A stretch of DNA of 64,000 bases, taken from contig CAVUKB010000013.1 in the NCBI GenBank assembly GCA_963741955.1, positions 1-64,000 on the forward strand, given 5' to 3'. Under the pieces are notes generated by a model. It saw only the letters and a program-made list of their open reading frames with translations. It ran no database searches and was not told the origin of the DNA. This DNA comes from an uncultured Acidobacteriota bacterium. GTDB lineage: Bacteria; Acidobacteriota; Thermoanaerobaculia; Gp7-AA8. Position 1 is the stretch's first letter; each line of letters begins with the position of its first letter. A program made the position numbers and the translations under genes. Of the stretch, positions 61,083 through 64,000 are shown one piece after another.

Positions 61083-62958
61083 CCCTTCTCAGATGCAACC
61101 GCAGGATCGCGATTGCCGCAGGAGTCATCCCGGGGATCCGTCCCGCCTGTCCGAGAGACACCGGACGCACCCGTTCCAGCTTGTCGATCAGCTCGATCGA
61201 CAAGCCCGGCTTTCGATAGGAAAACGCCGACGGAATCCTCAGATCCTCATCCTGCCGGATCTTTTCCGCCTCCAGGCGCTGCTTCTCGATGTATCCCGCG
61301 TACCGCGCCCGGTTCACCACCGCGTCACGCTCCTCTTCCGAGAGCGACGCGAACGTCCCCACCATCTGGTCGAACAATCCCTTTTCGCGGCAGGCATCGA
61401 GAAACTCCTCGAGCGGGAATCCCGGGCGCTGCAGCAGCTTGGCCACTGTGGCCGGTCCTGCCAGGCTCAGTCCGAGCGATCCAAACCATTCCACCACGTC
61501 TCTCGACGGCACGATCTCCGAAGCGCCGGCGGCTTCTTCGGCTGCTCTCGTTCTCCGACGCCGGCCGTCCACGCGCTGGAGCCGCTCTTCATCCACGAGC
61601 CCGAGGCCGGCCGCGACGGGCGTGAGGCGTTCGTAAACGGTATCGCAGCCGAGGAGGAGCCGGTGTTCCGCGCGGGAGGTGAACATCCGGTATGGCTCTT
61701 CGGTGCCGAGGGTGACGAGATCGTCGATCATCACCCCGAGGTATGCCTGATCCCGGCGGAGGATGAGCGGCTCGGCGTCTCGAAGCAGCTGGAGTGCGTT
61801 GATACCAGCGATGAGACCCTGTCCTGCGGCTTCTTCGTAGCCCGAGGTTCCGTTGATTTGGCCCGCCAGGAAGAGACCGCGGATTCCCCTCACCTGCAGT
61901 GTCGGGTCGAGCTGCTCCGGATTCACGAAATCGTACTCGACGGCGTAGCCGTAGCGGGTGATCACTGCGCGCTCGAGGCCCGGGATTCCATGAACCACGT
62001 CCTCCTGCACATCCGGAGGAAGGGACGTCGAGATCCCGTTCAGGTAGAGCCAGGGGTGCTCGAGTCCTTCCGGCTCGACGAATACGTGATGCTGGGCCTT
62101 CTCCGCGAAGCGGACCACCTTGTCTTCGATCGACGGGCAATACCGCGGACCGGTCCCCTCGATCTGTCCGGAGTACATCGGTGCGCGATGGAGATTTGCG
62201 CGAATGAGCTCGTGGATCCGCTCGTCCGTGTGGGTGAGCCAGCAGAGAACCTGCGGCTGAAAGACGCTGTCAGTGAGGATCGAAAATGGGCGAGGGGTCT
62301 CGTCCCCTGGCGCTTCGGTCATTCGCGTGAAATCGGCAGAGCTTTTCGCGACGCGCGGAGGTGTGCCGGTCTTGAGCCTTCCGAGGCGCAGACCGATTGC
62401 GGCGAGGGAGGTCGAGAGTGTCTCTGCGGAGGGTTCTCCGAAACGGCCCCCCACGGTCTTCTTCTCTCCGGAGTGCATGAGTGAACGGAGAAACGTACCG
62501 GTGGTGACGATCACAGCCGGTGCGGCGAGAGATCTGCCGTCCTGGAGCGAAACTCCCGCGACGGCGTTTGCTTCGATCTGAAGGTCGGATACGAGCCCTT
62601 CGACGATCGATAGATTCGGTTCGTTTTCGAGGGAGGTGCGGACCGTGGCGGCGTAAAGGTCGCGGTCGCACTGGACGCGCGGACCATGAACGGCGGGACC
62701 CTTCGACCGATTGAGGACTTTGAACTGGATTCCCGCCCGATCGGCCGCTTCCCCCATCAGACCACCCATGGCATCGATCTCCCGGACCAGGTGGCCTTTG
62801 GCGAGCCCTCCGATTGCCGGGTTGCACGACATCCGGCCGATGGCCTCGGCGATCATGGTGACCAGGGCGACCCGGGCTCCTCCACGCGCAACGATGCGCG
62901 CAGCCTCGGCGCCGGCGTGACCGCCCCCGATCACGATCACGTCGAATCGATCACTCAT
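60988..62958 (-). CDS. mnmG: tRNA U34 modification enzyme MnmG (GidA)
   Basis: 'GGGHAG', 'MSCNPAIGG', 'LKTGTPPR', 'GPRYCPSIEDK', 'GQINGTSGYEEAA'. Confidence 0.98.
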   Translation of the reverse strand: MSDRFDVIVIGGGHAGAEAARIVARGGARVALVTMIAEAIGRMSCNPAIGGLAKGHLVREIDAMGGLMGEAADRAGIQFKVLNRSKGPAVHGPRVQCDRDLYAATVRTSLENEPNLSIVEGLVSDLQIEANAVAGVSLQDGRSLAAPAVIVTTGTFLRSLMHSGEKKTVGGRFGEPSAETLSTSLAAIGLRLGRLKTGTPPRVAKSSADFTRMTEAPGDETPRPFSILTDSVFQPQVLCWLTHTDERIHELIRANLHRAPMYSGQIEGTGPRYCPSIEDKVVRFAEKAQHHVFVEPEGLEHPWLYLNGISTSLPPDVQEDVVHGIPGLERAVITRYGYAVEYDFVNPEQLDPTLQVRGIRGLFLAGQINGTSGYEEAAGQGLIAGINALQLLRDAEPLILRRDQAYLGVMIDDLVTLGTEEPYRMFTSRAEHRLLLGCDTVYERLTPVAAGLGLVDEERLQRVDGRRRRTRAAEEAAGASEIVPSRDVVEWFGSLGLSLAGPATVAKLLQRPGFPLEEFLDACREKGLFDQMVGTFASLSEEERDAVVNRARYAGYIEKQRLEAEKIRQDEDLRIPSAFSYRKPGLSIELIDKLERVRPVSLGQAGRIPGMTPAAIAILRLHLRRGGARGARSIGADSGLPRAAADLVGEDQPDRA

Positions 62959-62974
62959 GGTTCCACGTGAAACA
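62959..62974. promoter_or_regulatory. parS centromere-like site
   Basis: GGTTCCACGTGAAACA fills the entire mnmE-mnmG intergenic gap. Confidence 0.9.
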
Positions 62975-64000
62975 TCACTTGCCGATGCAAAATTTTGCGA
63001 AGATCTCGTGCAGGATCTCGTCGCGCGTGACGGCCCCGGTCAGAAGCCCGATGGCGTTCGAGGCGCGATACAGCTCGACCAGAACGATCTCTTCGGTCGA
63101 GCCGGCGGCGAGTGCCGTCAAGGCCCCGTCGATCGCGTCAACCGTCTCCGCCACGGCGGCGCGCTGGCGTTCGTTAACGAGGGTCGGGCTCCCCTCTTCC
63201 GGAACGAACGTCGACCTCACCCGGGCATCGAGTGAAGTGAGCAATGCCTCCGTCCCTCGTCTTTCCGTGATCGAGATCCCGAGCGCACCCGGCGGCGGCT
63301 GCGCGAGATCGCACTTCGTGTAGATCAGCATCGAGGGAGCGAGAGAAGCGAGCTCCTTCATCTCGTCAGGATCCGGAACGGCAGAGGCGTCGATCAGGTA
63401 GATCACCAGATCCGCGGCTGCTGCCGCGTCCCGGGCGCGCCGGACTCCGATCTCCTCCACCACGTCCTCGCTCACGCGCAGTCCCGCGGTGTCGGTGACC
63501 GTCACCGGGATACCGCCGATCTCGATCGTCTCCCGCACCAGGTCACGGGTCGTTCCCGGGATTGGCGTCACGATCGCGCGCTCGGTCCCACAGAGAAAAT
63601 TCAGGAGTGTCGATTTCCCCGCGTTCGGCTTGCCAAGAATCACCGCGCTCAATCCGTGCGTCACCGCGCGACCTCTCTCGTAAGTCGCAAGCATGCGGAG
63701 AGACTCCTCGCGCGCGTTCCGGAGAGTTCGCTCCACTTCGTTTCTCTCGATGAATTCGTACCCTTCGTCCGCGAAGTCGAGCGCTGCTTCGAGCCGCGAG
63801 ATGACGTGAAGAAGAGACGAGCGGACGGATGTGCCGATCCGGCTCACTTCTCCATCCAGATTCGACAGTGCGACCCTCGCCTGAACCGTCGTGCGCGAGG
63901 CGATCAAATCACCGATCGCCTCCGCCTGAACCAGATCGAGCTTCCCGTTCAGCACCGCTCTTTCGGTGAACTCACCCGGCTCGGCAATCCGCGCTCCCGC
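62975..64000 (-). CDS. mnmE: tRNA modification GTPase MnmE (TrmE), 5' end beyond the window
   Basis: 'GKLDLVQAEA', 'GKPNAGKS', 'GTTRD', 'DTAG', C-terminal 'FCIGK'. Confidence 0.97.
   Translation of the reverse strand, partial: AGARIAEPGEFTERAVLNGKLDLVQAEAIGDLIASRTTVQARVALSNLDGEVSRIGTSVRSSLLHVISRLEAALDFADEGYEFIERNEVERTLRNAREESLRMLATYERGRAVTHGLSAVILGKPNAGKSTLLNFLCGTERAIVTPIPGTTRDLVRETIEIGGIPVTVTDTAGLRVSEDVVEEIGVRRARDAAAAADLVIYLIDASAVPDPDEMKELASLAPSMLIYTKCDLAQPPPGALGISITERRGTEALLTSLDARVRSTFVPEEGSPTLVNERQRAAVAETVDAIDGALTALAAGSTEEIVLVELYRASNAIGLLTGAVTRDEILHEIFAKFCIGK

Overview
High-GC bacterial chromosome segment close to the replication origin. The right end carries mnmE-mnmG-rsmG-parA-parB with two parS sites, then a bactofilin gene and a split ATP synthase operon lacking atpB/atpE. 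Gene content (dnaX-ybaB-recR-mglB-mglA, an Acidobacteria-style VWA protein, the split atp operon) suggests Acidobacteriota, possibly Thermoanaerobaculia; this is inference only. Most genes are housekeeping: EPS export genes, 4 tRNAs, SRP RNA, tadA, glmU, a serine operon, uvrA, an OPT transporter, guaD, mdh, metX, topA and an NtrC-type regulator. Several genes in the first ~25.6 kb are frameshifted, most likely through long-read indel errors. The most unusual content is non-coding. (1) About 7 kb of intergenic DNA forms five tandem arrays plus one solo copy. All share a REP-like palindrome (CCGAGGGGTGCGGATCCTCCGATCCGCCGCG) and a ~90-bp core, combined with swappable modules. Periods are ~130, 205+46n, 278/324 and 458-459 bp, with higher-order structure and signs of exchange between arrays. 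(2) Three AT-rich inverted heptamer (TTATCTG/CAGATAA) elements sit exactly at gene junctions. (3) A nonamer-bounded 278-bp element may hold a decayed GxxExxY-like gene. Also notable are an in-frame, internally deleted ATP-dependent DNA ligase and a sensorless histidine kinase with degenerate ATP-binding boxes. No CRISPR array or transposase gene was seen.
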